64,000 bases of DNA from Octopus bimaculoides (taxonomy: Eukaryota): NCBI RefSeq assembly GCF_001194135.2, contig NC_068984.1, positions 106,569,625-106,633,624 of the forward strand, in the 5' to 3' direction. Position numbers and translations under genes: made by a program. The notes beneath the pieces are model-generated. The model did not search any database, was not told the DNA's origin, and saw only the letters and a list, made by a program, of their open reading frames with translations. Below are positions 61,655 through 64,000 of the stretch, one piece after another. Position 1 is the first letter of the stretch; each line of letters starts with the position of its first letter.

Positions 61655-62939
61655 CGAGGGGCGCTGAAAAAGTTCCTGGCTTCGTGTAAAAGAAAATACG
61701 GGAGGAGCAATTAATTATGATTTTATTCTGCATATTCCCTTCTTAGATTCAAACAGCTTCTGCAGCGGTTTTTCTAAGCCCTGTAAAAGAACTCGGAAGT
61801 TTGGGCCTTCAAACAGGTCTCTGTAGCAGCGATCACTTCTGAATCGGAGTGAAATTTCGTTCCTATTAGATATTTTTTCGATTGTGGCAAGAGGTGATAG
61901 TTGTAGAGGGCCAGATCAGGAGAGTAAGGTGGCTGGTCAAACAGTTCGAAACCAAAGTAGCATATTTTCCATAGAGTCTCATCTGCTGTGTGTGCTGATG
62001 CATTGTCCTGCAAAAAACAGGACACCACGGCTCAGCTTTCCACAGTGTTTCTGTTTCAAAGCTTCACGAAGTTAGTCCAACAGCGAAATGTAGTATTTTG
62101 CGACCTTTGGCGACCTTTAGCAGATAATTTAGGAAGAGTACTCCATCTTTGTCCCAGAATTTTGAANNNNNNNNNNNNNNNNNNNNNNNNNNNNNNNNNN
62201 NNNNNNNNNNNNNNNNNNNNNNNNNNNNNNNNNNNNNNNNNNNNNNNNNNNNNNNNNNNNNGCTGTATCGCCCCTCCATTGATTACTGTTTGGTCTGAGA
62301 ATCATAAAGATGAAACTAAGTTTCATCCATGGTGATTAGACGAGCCATAAGAGCAGCTTCTCCTGCTGAAAACCGGTCCCAAATCGCCTTTGACGTCATT
62401 ACTCTGATGCGCTTCGTATCTGCATTCAGGCATTTCGGCACCCGTTTTTCAGAAAGCTTTCTCATGTCGAGAATGTTGTGGATGATGCGGCCAACTCTTT
62501 CGAGGGAAATCCCCAGAGTCCCAGTTTCGACTTTAGCTGCAACCCGGTGCCCCTGGAAAATAATGGTATGCAAAACATCAGTTTTGTCCTCCGTGGTCGC
62601 AGAAGTTAACCGTCCTGACCGTGTTTATCTGTGACTTCAAAATGATCAGTCCGAAACTGTAGTCATCCTTCAAGACTTCCTTCATCTAGCCATGGATTTC
62701 CTTCGCTCCTTTGCCTTACAAAAAGAGGAACTTTATGATCGCCCATACTTAAATTTTACCAAGTCCAATGTAGGAGTTGCCATCATGAGTTAAATCTGCT
62801 AAAAGAGGAAGATATATGGTATACCATCAAGACTTTTTGCATATCTTTTCCTAAATAATTGTCCTACATTCCTCGTAAAGATAAAAGCTCTACCATTTCG
62901 TGATATCCTTAAAGCAAGGAACTTTTCAGCATACCGCCG
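61655..62939 (-). mobile_element. Complete-length but decayed mariner transposon (about 1.29 kb, TA duplications)
   Basis: TIRs ta|cgaggggcgctgaaaaagttcctggctt and aagcaaggaacttttcagcataccgccg|ta. Motifs RVPK, TMDET, FWDKDGV and QDNASAH..PPYSPDLALYN (D34 spacing, last D changed to N). Confidence 0.9.
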
Positions 62940-63420
62940 TAGAGCGCATCCAGGCTCATTTAAATATTTACCAACGTAGAATAATGTTAGAATAGAGCAG
63001 AAAGATTATGTTTCCGATTTCCTTCCATAGTTTAGATTGTGTACTTCTTAAATTATAATGTAAAATTATATATCAAGATGTCTCTTAAGGCAGCACATTT
63101 AATGCTAACTATATGGTTTTTTACACCATCTAAGGAAACAAAAGTTTCATGCCAAATACAACTTCAAAAGATTTCGTATATTTCATGATTCTCTATAGAT
63201 TTCAACCGTCTAACTATTCTCAAAATAATCATGTATTTTCCGCGGTCACTGCCAGTATCCATATTAACACAGAAAGTACACCCTTAAAAGTATACACATC
63301 ATTTAATAAAATAAAATTCACTTTACATCTACATCCGTGTTCTGAATTAATTTTTTGGGCACAATAACCGAGAGACTTTTCTTTTGATCATGCTAATTTT
63401 CTCCTTTTATTTTTCCGTAG

Positions 63421-63482
63421 GCGTTGAATGTTAGCATTTTAAATTTAACATCAAGGTCACTGGTATCAAAGGGTCTGCAAAA
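63421..63482 (+). other. Candidate exon
   Basis: Branch-like tgctaat, long pyrimidine tract and ttttccgtag acceptor; aa|gtaatg donor. Frame 0 is open (ALNVSILNLTSRSLVSKGLQ). Confidence 0.2.
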
Positions 63483-64000
63483 GTAATGGGTACAGCCCAT
63501 TCTACAAGTAAAAAAAAAAGCAATATCTTATTCTCCCTTGGCACACAGTGAAATGTTGGCTACTATCAGATGACGAATACCTCCTATTTCACTTCGAAGG
63601 CACATTTTAGCTAACACTATTTGAATAAACGTCAAACAAAAACTTAACTATAATGGGCAGAATAATTTGCATATCCTGCATTTGTCAGCGGTGTGATTAA
63701 ACAATAAAAAGTTGTGTTCGACACGGCATATATAAAAAAAAACCTTAATTTAAAATGATTAAGTTATGTTTTAAACCTTTTTTGTGGAATTATAAACAGA
63801 TGTGAGTATATCATGACTTCACTTTGCATGTTCACTGACAGAAATACGCAAGCGCAAACAAAGCGAGCGCACACACCCACCTACAGACATAACTATGAAA
63901 TCAATAAATTTCTACTTAAGAAATATAGCCTTGTAATGATGAAAACTCAGCCTAGTCGCAAATACGATGAAACTTAATTAGAATTATTGTTTTACTGAAC

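Overview
This is an AT-rich, microsatellite-saturated eukaryotic scaffold with about 13 N-gaps. The repeat families look like those of a coleoid cephalopod, probably Octopus; that is recognition from memory and was not verified. No intact protein-coding gene, tRNA or rRNA gene, or CRISPR array is supported, and almost all listed ORFs are microsatellite or N-gap artefacts or transposon fragments. Main content: (1) a nest of about 15 decayed R4/Dong-type RLE non-LTR retrotransposon fragments (RT with YMDD, CCHC knuckle, PD-(D/E)xK endonuclease) between about 10 and 36 kb, several bounded by (TAA)n on their sense strand; (2) two Penelope-like elements (PLEs) with GIY-YIG domains, one also retaining its RT; (3) five type I hammerhead-ribozyme-like motifs in at least two sequence families, three sharing a CCGANGA core variant; (4) four tRNA-like SINE families; (5) remnants of mariner (complete TIR to TIR), Tc1, hAT, RTE and L1/Tx1 elements; (6) several hairpins and inverted repeats; (7) clusters of plus-strand exon-like segments with canonical splice sites that may belong to a host gene, pseudogene or lncRNA (low confidence). 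All alignments were done by eye, so element boundaries are approximate unless exact motifs are quoted.
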